Below, one piece after another: positions 45,492 to 55,236 of a stretch of 64,000 bases of DNA. Each line of letters begins with the position of its first letter. The stretch's first letter is position 1. The position numbers were made by a program, and so were the translations under genes. This DNA comes from Clostridia bacterium (GTDB lineage Bacteria > Bacillota > Clostridia > UMGS1883): positions 1-64,000 of the forward strand of contig JBJDXJ010000052.1 of the NCBI GenBank assembly GCA_051866635.1, given 5' to 3'. The notes beneath the pieces are model-generated. The model made no database searches, had not been told where the DNA came from, and saw only the letters and a list, made by a program, of their open reading frames with translations.

Positions 45492-46237
45492 TTGTACTGC
45501 CGCCCTGTATGGTCAATTGAGTAGTTTTCTTTGTAAATTAAATCAGAAACACGTACAAATTCATACCCTTCATCTTTAAGAGATTGAAGTATTCCCGGAA
45601 GGGCAGAAGCAGTCTGCTTTGTACCGTTATGGAAAAGTAGGATTGAGCCTGACTGTATGCGGTCAAAAATACGCTTTTTCATTTCCTCCTCTGTTAAATC
45701 CTTCCAGTCGAGAGAGTCAACATCCCATTGTATGCAAAAACGCCCTGTTTCTTTTGCGGCTAAAATTGAATTATTTGTATAATCCCCTGATGGTGCACGC
45801 ATTATATTCGGGCGAAAACCTAAAACAGATTCAATTACGCTGTCGCATTTATCCATGTCTGATATAATTTCATCCTTTGAAAGTGTAGAATACAGTGTAT
45901 GATTATAGCTGTGCGAGCCTATTTCGTGACCGTTTGAATGAAGTTTTTTTAAGGCTTCGGGGAAACGTTCTGCCCAATCACCTGTTACAAAGAAGGTGGC
46001 AGGACAGCTGTATGCACACAGTACATTTATAATTTGGTCAATGTCGTCATCATTCCATGCACTGTCAAAGGTGACGGCTATTTTTTTATCCTGTCTTTCT
46101 ACAGAGTAGATAGGCAGTTCCTTGCTTTTTACACTTGTTTCAACACTTTTGAACAGCTTTGGTACACAGGCAGATGATACCAGAATGGCGGCTAAAAGAA
46201 GAAAAATAGTGTGTTTTGTAATTACAAAGATTTTCAT
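45479..46237 (-). CDS. pdaB: Sporulation polysaccharide deacetylase (PdaB-like)
   Basis: VTFDSAW, ATFFVTG, HEIGSHSYNH, RAPSG, WDVDSLDWK and ILLFHN motifs. Confidence 0.85.
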   Translation of the reverse strand: MKIFVITKHTIFLLLAAILVSSACVPKLFKSVETSVKSKELPIYSVERQDKKIAVTFDSAWNDDDIDQIINVLCAYSCPATFFVTGDWAERFPEALKKLHSNGHEIGSHSYNHTLYSTLSKDEIISDMDKCDSVIESVLGFRPNIMRAPSGDYTNNSILAAKETGRFCIQWDVDSLDWKDLTEEEMKKRIFDRIQSGSILLFHNGTKQTASALPGILQSLKDEGYEFVRVSDLIYKENYSIDHTGRQYKASP

Positions 46238-46971
46238 GATTGCCCCTCACTTTTTGCACTGTCAATTTTTTCAAAGTCTTCAATATTTTTATAATATGCC
46301 ACTATCCCGTCACATATTGCACTTGCAATCCGTGATTGATAAATGTCATCGCATAAAAGTTTTTCTTCCTCGGCATTTGAAAGAAATCCGCATTCTACAA
46401 TAATGGCAGGAATTGTTGAGTTTTTCATAAGATAGAGAGAATTATCAGCCTTTTTGATTTGCCGTGATTGGTTTTGTGGGTCTATGGAAGTCATTTCATC
46501 CATTATTAACTGTGCTAAAAGTGTGGACTGAATAAATTTATCAGAATACAGAACTTCCGCACCACGGTACTTTGACTGGTGAAACTTATTTATATGTATG
46601 CTTATAAACATATCTGCCTGCGTGTTTTTCATTATAGAAAGCCTTTTTTCCATGTCGGCTTTTTTCTTTTTATCAAGACCGTCTTCGCCCTCACGTGTCA
46701 TAATTACCTTGTAGCCACGCTCTGTAAGCTCTTGTTCAAGTTTTTTTGAAATACTTAAATTAAGACTGCTTTCAACTGTTCCCGATTTACTGACTGCACC
46801 GCCATCAGGCGTGCCGTGCCCGGGATCGATAATTATACATTTGTAGTTTTCATGATTAAAACTCATGGCAGGTACATCACTGTGCATAAAAGACATTGCA
46901 ATAATAAGAATAATCAGTCCTATACCTAAAAAAAGTATTCCACGTCGAATAACTAATATCAAAATTTCCAC
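46234..46971 (-). CDS. cwlD: N-acetylmuramoyl-L-alanine amidase (CwlD-like)
   Basis: IIDPGHGTPDGGA, FISIHIN and IIVECGFLSN motifs; N-terminal TM; sigma-E-type promoter. Confidence 0.8.
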   Translation of the reverse strand: MEILILVIRRGILFLGIGLIILIIAMSFMHSDVPAMSFNHENYKCIIIDPGHGTPDGGAVSKSGTVESSLNLSISKKLEQELTERGYKVIMTREGEDGLDKKKKADMEKRLSIMKNTQADMFISIHINKFHQSKYRGAEVLYSDKFIQSTLLAQLIMDEMTSIDPQNQSRQIKKADNSLYLMKNSTIPAIIVECGFLSNAEEEKLLCDDIYQSRIASAICDGIVAYYKNIEDFEKIDSAKSEGQS

Positions 46972-46982
46972 CTCGTTTATAC

Positions 46983-47012
46983 ACTGTATGAAAGCCTTAC
47001 GGGAAAAATGAC
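46983..47012 (-). promoter_or_regulatory. sigma-E-type sporulation promoter of cwlD-pdaB
   Basis: GTCATTTT-14 nt-CATACAGT, close to the B. subtilis sigma-E consensus. Confidence 0.7.
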
Positions 47013-47092
47013 TTTACACTCTTGTAATATAGAAGAAAATTCTGCATATAATTAAATAAAGCCATGCTTTGTACATAAAGGAGTGTTTATGA

Positions 47093-47695
47093 ATGGAGAA
47101 TAATTTTATAAGTCTACAGGGTGTAGTTGAAGGTGATGTTGAATACAGCCATAATGTTCAGGAAGAAGAATTTTATAAATTCATGCTGAATGTATCCCGT
47201 CTTTCAGGGGTTATAGATTCACTTCCAATAACAATTTCAAAGAAGTTACTTTCGGAGAACGCAATAAAAAGCGGTGACAATATTTCTGTAACGGGGCAGC
47301 TACGAAGCTATAACAAATATTCTGATAACCGTACAAGACTTATACTTACAGCCTTTGCCAAAACAATAGACGAAGAAAAGAATGAAGAAGAAAATCCCAA
47401 TAATGTGGTTTTAAACGGATATGTCTGCAAGACACCTACCTACAGAAAAACTCCCTTCGGGCGTGAAATCACCGATGTAATTATTGCAGTTAACCGTGCA
47501 TTTAACCGTTCAGACTACATTCCGACTATTTGTTGGGGAAAAAACGCACTTTTCTGCCGTGATTTGCCGGTGGGAACAAATGTGCTTATAAAAGGAAGAC
47601 TTCAATCCCGTGAATACACAAAACGCAACGGCGATGAGTATTCCATAAGGACGGCATACGAAGTATCTGTGGGAGAAATTGAAGAAATTTCATGA
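47093..47695 (+). CDS. Single-stranded DNA-binding protein with two OB folds
   Basis: VSRLSG...GQLRSYN and YRKTPFGREI...SDYIPTICWG...GRLQSREY. Confidence 0.9.
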   Translation: MENNFISLQGVVEGDVEYSHNVQEEEFYKFMLNVSRLSGVIDSLPITISKKLLSENAIKSGDNISVTGQLRSYNKYSDNRTRLILTAFAKTIDEEKNEEENPNNVVLNGYVCKTPTYRKTPFGREITDVIIAVNRAFNRSDYIPTICWGKNALFCRDLPVGTNVLIKGRLQSREYTKRNGDEYSIRTAYEVSVGEIEEIS

Positions 47696-47759
47696 TTATA
47701 GTTGCAAGTTTGTTAAAAATATAGTATAATCACCTAAGAGAAACTCAGTGAGGTGTGCT

Positions 47760-48176
47760 ATGAGAATTATAGGACTTGACTACGGCGAAGCAAGAATAGG
47801 GGTTGCGGTGAGCGATATTCTTGAAACAATTGCAAATCCCCTTGATACAATAAGCGAGAAAGACCGTGAAAAACAGCTTGAAAAGGTTATAAAGGTTATT
47901 GAACGTGAAGGGGTAGAAAAAATAGTTGTAGGTCTTCCTAAACGTATGGACGGAACTTTGGGACACAGAGCTGAGTACACAAAGGAATTTGCCGAGGAGC
48001 TAAGCTTAAGATGCAATCTTCCTCTTATTATGTGGGATGAAAGGCTGTCATCTTCAGAAGCTCACAAAGTCCTTGACCAAGGTGGTGTAGGCGGAAAAAA
48101 GCGAAAGACCAAGGTTGATAAGATTGCTGCGGTTTTGATTTTGCAGACTTATCTTGACAGCCAAATGAGAATATGA
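47760..48176 (+). CDS. ruvX: YqgF/RuvX family nuclease
   Basis: GLDYGEARIGVAVSD, VVGLP, WDERLSS and DKIAAVLILQ motifs. Confidence 0.93.
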   Translation: MRIIGLDYGEARIGVAVSDILETIANPLDTISEKDREKQLEKVIKVIEREGVEKIVVGLPKRMDGTLGHRAEYTKEFAEELSLRCNLPLIMWDERLSSSEAHKVLDQGGVGGKKRKTKVDKIAAVLILQTYLDSQMRI

Positions 48177-48191
48177 AAGGATGTATTTAAA

Positions 48192-48449
48192 ATGGAAAAC
48201 AATAAGGATGAAATACTTGACGCTATGGAAGATTTTGACGTGCTTGACGAAATCGAATTTGAAGGAGCAACTTATTTTGCCATGACACCTATTGAAGGGA
48301 AAGAGGCTGAGGGCGAAGTATTTATTATGAAACTTGTTGATATTGACGGTGCAGAAATGCTTGAATCTGTTGAAGACGATGAATTGTTTGACAAGGTTTA
48401 CAATATTTTCAAAGAAAATAATGCTGACGAATTTGACTTTTTAGATTGA
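48192..48449 (+). CDS. DUF1292-like acidic small protein
   Basis: FDVLDEIEFEGATY...LESVEDDELFDKV; usual position after ruvX. Confidence 0.8.
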   Translation: MENNKDEILDAMEDFDVLDEIEFEGATYFAMTPIEGKEAEGEVFIMKLVDIDGAEMLESVEDDELFDKVYNIFKENNADEFDFLD

Positions 48450-48499
48450 TTTTTTTGTTGTTATAGGTTATAATAAAAGAGAAGTAGAAAATAGCGAAA

Positions 48500-48695
48500 T
48501 ACATTGCTCTGCGGTGTGCGTATATATCGGGGCACTATTTGAACCAACACATTTTTTTAGGGAGAATGACCTCGGATCGCTGCGTGTAAGCTCTCCCTCG
48601 CTTTGCGACGAAGAGAGAAACCCATAACCGGTTCGGAATTCACCCACCTGCTTTGCAGGTTTCAAATAAGCTTCATTTACGGCATTGTGGGGCAC
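48500..48695 (+). ncRNA. ssrS: 6S RNA
   Basis: Rod-like fold: TGCTCTGCGGTG pairs with CATTGTGGGGCA and TATTTGAACC with GGTTTCAAATA around a central bubble; TATAAT at 48469. Confidence 0.8.
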
Positions 48696-48715
48696 TTTTT
48701 ATAGGAGGAGTTATC

Positions 48716-49138
48716 ATGAGTAAGATTATATGCAATAAGTGCGGCGAAAAGATTAAAATTAACTCTGTTTTTTTGGAAACGGTGGGTTGTGAAAATTGCG
48801 GCAACCGTATTGATTTTTCGACTCTTGATGCTCTCAGCGGTGTGAGACAGGCTCTTATGTTAGGTGTATCAATTTTTCTTGGAATAGTGGGGCTTGTTTT
48901 TATGATTGCAAATGATATCAGCTTCAGCCAACTTCCGGCTGTTTTTGCAGATTTAAGTGCCGGGGCGGCAGGTATGCTTTTAATTTTCCTTTGCATAGTT
49001 GTACTTTTGGTAGGTCAACTGGAGAAGATGATTGGATGCCGTGTTTATGAAGATTGGCGTAAAAGGGAAGAAGAGCTTGAAAAAATTGCAGAAAAAAAGC
49101 GTGCTGAGGATGCAGCACGTGAGGCGGAAGAAAAGTAA
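48716..49138 (+). CDS. Small membrane protein with an N-terminal zinc ribbon
   Basis: CNKC...CENC, two TM helices and a charged tail; AGGAGG RBS. Confidence 0.8.
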   Translation: MSKIICNKCGEKIKINSVFLETVGCENCGNRIDFSTLDALSGVRQALMLGVSIFLGIVGLVFMIANDISFSQLPAVFADLSAGAAGMLLIFLCIVVLLVGQLEKMIGCRVYEDWRKREEELEKIAEKKRAEDAAREAEEK

Positions 49139-49277
49139 TACATAAAAAGAATTAAGCAGTGTGTCTAAATAGGCACCCTCTAAAAGGAATAAAGGCCAAT
49201 GTCATTAAATTAATGAGCGTTTAAATAAAGATGTACTATCTCAATTTATGGGTTTAAAGCTATAGAGGGGGACAGAA

Positions 49278-50363
49278 ATGAAAAAACATATTTTTAGAAC
49301 TGTGATGATATTGGTTTTATTATGCATATGTATGTGCATATACTATTATTTTGATGTTATGGATACATATGTTGTAGCCACTGACATATATCTTGAAAGC
49401 AAGCCTGTGTGCAGAAATATCATTTATTTAACGGACACTTCTTGCTATAAAATTTACAACAGTGCTCTTTACAAGGATGATAAATTTATCACAGCTTTGA
49501 ATAAGGACAGTTGTGGCATATTGAAAGATAAGCTTGGGCTGTATGTTTCCTACGGTGAAAGATTATACAAAATAAATGAGTATAACGGAGAAAGAGAAGT
49601 ATTCTTTGATAAAATTTACCCCTTGTTTATGGATGAATCATATATTTTTGCAATTTCTTCAGAAAATGCTGATTTTTTAAAAATAGATCGTAAGAATAAG
49701 TCTTTAGAAAATATTACTGAAATTTTTTCTGTTGAAAATAATACCCCTGTAGCTTTAAAAACGCATGATGGCTACTCTTATGTGTTTTTAAGTGATAATG
49801 GTAATTCAACAGTAACTTCTGTTATAAACTCGCAGGGTACGGTGTTATTCACGGATAGAAATCAGCAATTGTCTGAAAATACGGTATTGTATTATGACGA
49901 AAATAAAGCCATATATACCGATATAGATAGGGTACATATCAAGGTATTTGATTTCGAGACCCAAAAAACAAAGCAATTTGAAATCAAAGAAGGTTATTGT
50001 TACAGACCGGGAAGAACTTTTGTTCACAACAATCTCATTTATTTTGCTTTGGAGAAGTATACACCCTCTACAAAAAGAACAGAACGTTATCATGACAATG
50101 ATATTATCTGCATGTTTAATGTTGATATGTTGACAAGTGAAATTGTTTTTGAAACGCCCGACCATATCGTTGGATTTGACACGAGCTTAGCATGGACATA
50201 TGATGGATTTCACAAAATAGAAAAAGTGAATTATTTAAAAAATAGAGTACTAAATAGGGAATTCATTAAAAATAGATTTGAAAGTATTGAATTTCATACT
50301 CAGAACGGGCATGTGATAGTCACAAATCCTATGTCAAATGAAATAGTATCAATTTTCAAGTAA
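49278..50363 (+). CDS. Hypothetical secreted or anchored protein, possibly a beta-propeller
   Basis: N-terminal hydrophobic segment, aromatic beta-rich sequence, AT-rich DNA. Confidence 0.7.
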   Translation: MKKHIFRTVMILVLLCICMCIYYYFDVMDTYVVATDIYLESKPVCRNIIYLTDTSCYKIYNSALYKDDKFITALNKDSCGILKDKLGLYVSYGERLYKINEYNGEREVFFDKIYPLFMDESYIFAISSENADFLKIDRKNKSLENITEIFSVENNTPVALKTHDGYSYVFLSDNGNSTVTSVINSQGTVLFTDRNQQLSENTVLYYDENKAIYTDIDRVHIKVFDFETQKTKQFEIKEGYCYRPGRTFVHNNLIYFALEKYTPSTKRTERYHDNDIICMFNVDMLTSEIVFETPDHIVGFDTSLAWTYDGFHKIEKVNYLKNRVLNREFIKNRFESIEFHTQNGHVIVTNPMSNEIVSIFK

Positions 50364-50440
50364 GAATGTCCCCATCTGCAAGTTGTTTATACAAATTTTT
50401 CAATCTGTCATTTGCTATGCCAAATTTTAAAACAGTAACG

Positions 50441-50478
50441 AAAAAGAGTTTGAAATCTTTAAGACTTCAAACTCTTTT
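50441..50478. terminator. Bidirectional terminator-like hairpin
   Basis: AAAAGAGTTTGAA...TTCAAACTCTTTT between convergent genes. Confidence 0.7.
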
Positions 50479-50538
50479 ATCGTTTTACACATTTCAATAC
50501 CTTTTTAAACTTAACGAAATTGGCAGAAAGACTACTTT

Positions 50539-51525
50539 TTATTGTAATAAATCCTTTTTTGTAAGGAATTTGCCGGTTCCTCTTGCCACGGAGGAAATTG
50601 GGTCCTCAGAAATATTGACCTTTATGCCCGTAGCGGAAGAAATGAGCTTATCAAAGCCGTAAAGCATACTACCGCCGCCCGTTAAAGTAATGCCTGAATC
50701 GGAAATATCACCTGCAAGCTCGGGAGGAGTTTTTTCCAAAACATCACGTATTGCTTCGATAATGGCACTGACAGGTTCATTTAAAGCCTCCATAATTTCT
50801 TCAGATGAAACAAGCATACTTTGAGGCAAACCTGAAACAAGGCTTCTGCCTTTTATTTCGGTTGTAAGAGACTGGGGCCTTTCAGAAACGCATCCGATTT
50901 CCTTTTTTACAGATTCTGCGGTTTTTTCACCGATAATAATGGCAAACTTCTTTCGTACATACTTAATTATGGCATCGTCAAAACGGTCACCCGCAATTTT
51001 AAGTGAACTTGAAGATACAATACCGTTCATTGATATAACGGCAATATCAGTTACACCGCCGCCTATGTTTATAACCATGCGACCCGAAGGACGTGAAATG
51101 TCAATGCCTTCACCGATTGCTGCGGCGATGGGGGAGGTGACAATATGAACCTTTCCCGCACCGCTACGCATAAGTGCATCCTGTACGGCTCTCTTTTCAA
51201 CCTCGGTTGCACCGCCGGGAACGGAAACGACAACTCTGGGCTTTATAATGTTTTTTGAACAAACCTTTTTTATAAACACAGAAAGCATTTCTTCTGTTGC
51301 TTTATAGTCAGCAATAACACCGTCACGCATGGGACGAACGGCAACAATACCGACAGGTGTTCTGCCAAGCATTGTTTCGGATGCCTGACCTACGGCATGT
51401 ATTTTTTTACTTGAACGGTAAATTGTAACTATAGACGGTTCTCGCAGGACGATACCTTTTTTGGTGGAAATAAGTACACTTGATGTTCCCAAATCAATAC
51501 CGATTTCGTGAACATGGTTAAACAT
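50539..51525 (-). CDS. MreB/Mbl actin-like rod-shape protein
   Basis: IGIDLGT, MLGRTP, NIGGGVTDIAVIS, LEKTPPELAGDI and LTGGGS motifs. Confidence 0.93.
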   Translation of the reverse strand: MFNHVHEIGIDLGTSSVLISTKKGIVLREPSIVTIYRSSKKIHAVGQASETMLGRTPVGIVAVRPMRDGVIADYKATEEMLSVFIKKVCSKNIIKPRVVVSVPGGATEVEKRAVQDALMRSGAGKVHIVTSPIAAAIGEGIDISRPSGRMVINIGGGVTDIAVISMNGIVSSSSLKIAGDRFDDAIIKYVRKKFAIIIGEKTAESVKKEIGCVSERPQSLTTEIKGRSLVSGLPQSMLVSSEEIMEALNEPVSAIIEAIRDVLEKTPPELAGDISDSGITLTGGGSMLYGFDKLISSATGIKVNISEDPISSVARGTGKFLTKKDLLQ

Positions 51526-51746
51526 ATTCTATCACCGTCCTTTTTATAAGATTTAGTCCTTAATAAATTTATAATATCAAAAAAATGCCAATAAATCAAT
51601 GCCTTTTTTACATTATAGGAAAGAAATACTGTACAATTGTCAATAATGGGTGACACTTTGTTCTATATTTTGCACCACTTGACAAAATATTATGTTTAGT
51701 GTAATATGTAAAAGAATATTTGTATGTAAAGGATTTGATAGTTTTT

Positions 51747-53021
51747 ATGGACAGTAACAGTAGCCTATGGATTGTACTTATTATTCTCATAGCAATATCT
51801 GCATATTTTTCTGCAAGTGAAACAGCATTCACTTCTTACAACCGTGCAAAAATGAAAAATCATGCACAAAACGGCAATAAGAAGGCAACTATATCATTGA
51901 AGTTATCTGATAACTTTGACAAACTTATATCAACACTTCTTATAGGCAATAATATTGTTAATATTTCAGCGTCTACCATATCAACACTTGTTTTTGCAAA
52001 CATTATTGATGACCCTGCTCTTTCAGCAACTGTTTCTACAGTTTTTATGACGCTTACGGTACTTATTTTCGGCGAAATCACTCCAAAATCTGTGGCAAAG
52101 CAGGCACCTGAAGCAGTTGCTATGTTTTCAGCCTCGGTTTTAAATGCACTGAACATAATACTTTCTCCTTTAAGCTTTGTGTTTATTCATTGGCAAAAGT
52201 TAATAACCAAGATATTCAAGCTTGGCGAAGGTGATGTAATTACCGAAGATGAGCTTCTTACAATTGTTGACGAAGCACAACAGGATGGCGGTATCAACAG
52301 TCAGGAAAGTGAGCTTATAAAGAACGCTATTGAGTTTAATGATATAGAAGTTGACGAAGTGCTTACGCCGCGTGTTGACGTTGTTGCCATTGACGTTGAG
52401 TGGGATAAGGAAAAAATAGCGGAAGTTTTTGATGAATCGGGGTTTTCAAGGCTTCCCGTGTATCAGGACACTATAGACAATATAATAGGCGTGTTGAATC
52501 ACCGTGACTTTGTAACAGAGGAAAAGAACGAAATATTCAGAATTGAAAACGCAATCAAACCCGTTAAGTTTATATTCTCAACTATGAAAATTTCAAAGCT
52601 TTTGAGATTACTGCAAAAAACACAATCTCACCTTGTTGTTGTAACCGACGAATACGGCGGCACGGAAGGTATAGTAACTCTTGAAGATATAATTGAAGCA
52701 TTAGTCGGTGAAATCTGGGATGAATATGACAATGTTTCAACAGAAGAATTTGAAAAAATTTCAGATAACGTATACAAAGTTAACGGTTCTGCATCTTTGG
52801 AGGACATGTTTGAGTTTTTCTCTATAGCCTTTGACGAAGAAGAAAATGACGATATTAATACTGTAGGCGGTTTTGTTACGGCACAGCTTGAAAAAATCCC
52901 GGATGTGGGTGATAGCTTTGAGTACGAACATTTAAAATTCACTGTAACATCTACCGATTCAGCCAGAGTTTTAAGCGTACTTGTAAAAGTTGGCGAACGG
53001 GAAAAGAAGGATGAAAATTAG
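51747..53021 (+). CDS. Hemolysin-family CNNM/CBS/CorC membrane protein
   Basis: FSASETA, LIFGEITPKS, FSRLPVY and DEYGGTEGIVTLEDIIE motifs. Confidence 0.92.
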   Translation: MDSNSSLWIVLIILIAISAYFSASETAFTSYNRAKMKNHAQNGNKKATISLKLSDNFDKLISTLLIGNNIVNISASTISTLVFANIIDDPALSATVSTVFMTLTVLIFGEITPKSVAKQAPEAVAMFSASVLNALNIILSPLSFVFIHWQKLITKIFKLGEGDVITEDELLTIVDEAQQDGGINSQESELIKNAIEFNDIEVDEVLTPRVDVVAIDVEWDKEKIAEVFDESGFSRLPVYQDTIDNIIGVLNHRDFVTEEKNEIFRIENAIKPVKFIFSTMKISKLLRLLQKTQSHLVVVTDEYGGTEGIVTLEDIIEALVGEIWDEYDNVSTEEFEKISDNVYKVNGSASLEDMFEFFSIAFDEEENDDINTVGGFVTAQLEKIPDVGDSFEYEHLKFTVTSTDSARVLSVLVKVGEREKKDEN

Positions 53022-53029
53022 TATAAATA

Positions 53030-53060
53030 CAGAAAAGCGGCTTTCGGGTCGCTTTTTCTG
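53030..53060 (+). terminator. Rho-independent terminator
   Basis: AAAAGCGGCT-TTCG-GGTCGCTTTTT. Confidence 0.8.
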
Positions 53061-53137
53061 ATATAATAAAAAAATGTATTGATTTTTTATTATATTTATA
53101 TTAAAATACACTAGATAGGTTTTACGACCACGAAAGG

Positions 53138-54340
53138 ATGATGACAATGTACGTATCTAAGAAATTTTCTTCAATCAGCCCTTCCGCAACATTGGCTATT
53201 GACTCCAAGTTCAAGGCAATGAAGGCGGTAGGTATGGATGTTGTAGGTTTTGGTGCAGGAGAACCTGATTTTCCCACACCTCGTCATATTAAGGATGCAG
53301 CAATCCATGCTATTGAAAATAATATGACAACATACACACCCGCTTCCGGTACAGTTGATGTCAAGAAGGCTATATGCGAAAAGTTTCTGCGTGAGAACGG
53401 TTTGGAATACAATGTTGAGAACATTGTTGTATCCAACGGTGCAAAACATTCTTTAAACAATGCATTAGGCACAGTTCTTAATCCCGGCGACGAAGTTATT
53501 ATACCTGCTCCATGTTGGGTAAGCTATCCCGAAATGGTTCTTCTTGCAGACGGTGTTCCCGTAATAGTTAATTCCACTGAAGAAGAGGGCTTCCTTCCTT
53601 CTCTGGAAAAAATTGAAAAAGCTATAACAGATAAAACGAGAGCTATTATCATAAACAATCCTTCTAACCCCACAGGTATGTGCTATCCTGAAGATGTTCT
53701 TCGTAAGATTGCAGATATCTGCGTTAAGAATAATATTTATATTATCGCTGATGAAATTTACGAAAGCCTCGTTTATGACGGAAAAAAGAATTTTTCCATT
53801 GCAACAATAAGTGAAGAAGTTAAGGATATAACAATCGTTGTTAACGGCGTTTCCAAGACTTATGCAATGACGGGATGGAGAATCGGTTACACAGCTTCCA
53901 ATGCAAAGCTTGCAAAGATTATGGGCAATGTTCAGTCTCATGCAACATCTAACCCCAACTCTATAGCACAGTTTGCAACTGTTGCCGCACTTACAGGTAC
54001 ACAGGAACCTGTTGGAGAAATGAAGAGTGCATTTGAAGAACGCAGAAACCATATGGTTGAAAGAATGAACAGTATTGACGGTGTAAGTTGTATTATGCCA
54101 GACGGTGCTTTTTATGTTATGATGAACATTTCAAAGATTATCGGCAAGAAGATTGACGGCGTAGAAATTACAGGCAGTGATGTTTTTGCTGAAAAGTTCC
54201 TTGAAGTTGAAAAGGTTGCAGTAGTTCCCGGTAAGAGCTTCGGAACAGATATACACGTAAGATGGAGCTATGCTACAAGTATGGAAAATATAGACAAGGG
54301 TCTTGACAGACTTCAGTCTTTTATTTCAAAGCTTAACTAA
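53138..54340 (+). CDS. Class I PLP aminotransferase (aspartate aminotransferase-like)
   Basis: GEPDF, NNPSNPTG, DEIYE and SKTYAMTGWRIG motifs. Confidence 0.92.
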   Translation: MMTMYVSKKFSSISPSATLAIDSKFKAMKAVGMDVVGFGAGEPDFPTPRHIKDAAIHAIENNMTTYTPASGTVDVKKAICEKFLRENGLEYNVENIVVSNGAKHSLNNALGTVLNPGDEVIIPAPCWVSYPEMVLLADGVPVIVNSTEEEGFLPSLEKIEKAITDKTRAIIINNPSNPTGMCYPEDVLRKIADICVKNNIYIIADEIYESLVYDGKKNFSIATISEEVKDITIVVNGVSKTYAMTGWRIGYTASNAKLAKIMGNVQSHATSNPNSIAQFATVAALTGTQEPVGEMKSAFEERRNHMVERMNSIDGVSCIMPDGAFYVMMNISKIIGKKIDGVEITGSDVFAEKFLEVEKVAVVPGKSFGTDIHVRWSYATSMENIDKGLDRLQSFISKLN

Positions 54341-54364
54341 CATATAAAAGAAAGGGAGAGAAAA

Positions 54365-55165
54365 ATGAAATTAGGTGTCATAGGTGCAGGTAACATGTCT
54401 TCTGCTATTTTGCAAGGAGTTATTAAAGCAGGTGCCTTTAAAGTAGAAGATATATATGTAAGTGAAATTTTAGAAGATAAATTAGAGAAAGCCGCAAATT
54501 GGGGTGTTCATACAACGACATCTGCCCGTGAAGTTGTTGAAAAAAGCGATTACATTATGTTTGGTGTAAAGCCTAATGTGATCCTTAAGGTTATGGATGA
54601 AGTTAAAGACCTTGTTGCTGACAAAGTTGTTATTTCCATTGCGGCAGGCATAAGTGTTGAAAGCATGAAAAACGTACTTGGCAATGCGGCAAAAGTTGTA
54701 AGAACTATGCCCAATGTACCTGCCCTTGTAGGCGAAGGCATGACAGCGGTATGTAAGACTAATGATGTAAGCGGACAGGAAATGCAGGTTGTGCTTGATA
54801 TTTTCAATTCCATCGGCAAAACAGCCGTTTTACCTGAAACACTTATTAATACTGCTACAGCTACAAATGGTAGCGGACCGGCGTATGTGTTTATGATGAT
54901 TGAAGCTATGGCAGATGCTGCAGTGCTTCACGGTATCCCTCGTGATACTGCATATCTTCTTGTTTCACAGACCATCTTAGGTGCCGCAAAACTTGCACAG
55001 GAAACAGGCACTCATCCGGGTCAGTTGAAGGATATGGTTTGTTCACCCGGTGGTACAGCTATTGAAGCGGTATATCAGCTTGAGCTGGACGGTTTCAGAG
55101 CATCTCTTATCAACGCTATTGACCGCTGTGTAAAGAAAGCTAACAGTATGGGTGAAAAGAAGTAA
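54365..55165 (+). CDS. proC: Pyrroline-5-carboxylate reductase
   Basis: IGAGNM, RTMPN, GSGPAY and LKDMVCSPGG motifs. Confidence 0.95.
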   Translation: MKLGVIGAGNMSSAILQGVIKAGAFKVEDIYVSEILEDKLEKAANWGVHTTTSAREVVEKSDYIMFGVKPNVILKVMDEVKDLVADKVVISIAAGISVESMKNVLGNAAKVVRTMPNVPALVGEGMTAVCKTNDVSGQEMQVVLDIFNSIGKTAVLPETLINTATATNGSGPAYVFMMIEAMADAAVLHGIPRDTAYLLVSQTILGAAKLAQETGTHPGQLKDMVCSPGGTAIEAVYQLELDGFRASLINAIDRCVKKANSMGEKK

Positions 55166-55179
55166 TAAGGAACAAGCAT

Positions 55180-55236
55180 TCATAAATCCCCCTTTTTAAT
55201 CATAGATTTAACTATGGATTAAACGGGGGGATTTTT
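55180..55236 (+). promoter_or_regulatory. Overlapping proC terminator, sigma-E-like promoter and RBS of spoIIM
   Basis: TCATAAAT...CATAGATT inside the inverted repeat AAATCCCCC...GGGGGATTT followed by a T-run. Confidence 0.55.

Noticed and set aside
45238-45516. 92-aa minus-strand ORF as a real gene
   Set aside because: It is a chimera of the REP-like hairpin, a gene remnant and the duplicated pdaB segment
45252-45724. Diversity-generating retroelement template/variable repeat pair
   Set aside because: Mismatches involve A, C and T positions rather than adenines only on either strand, and no reverse transcriptase is in the window
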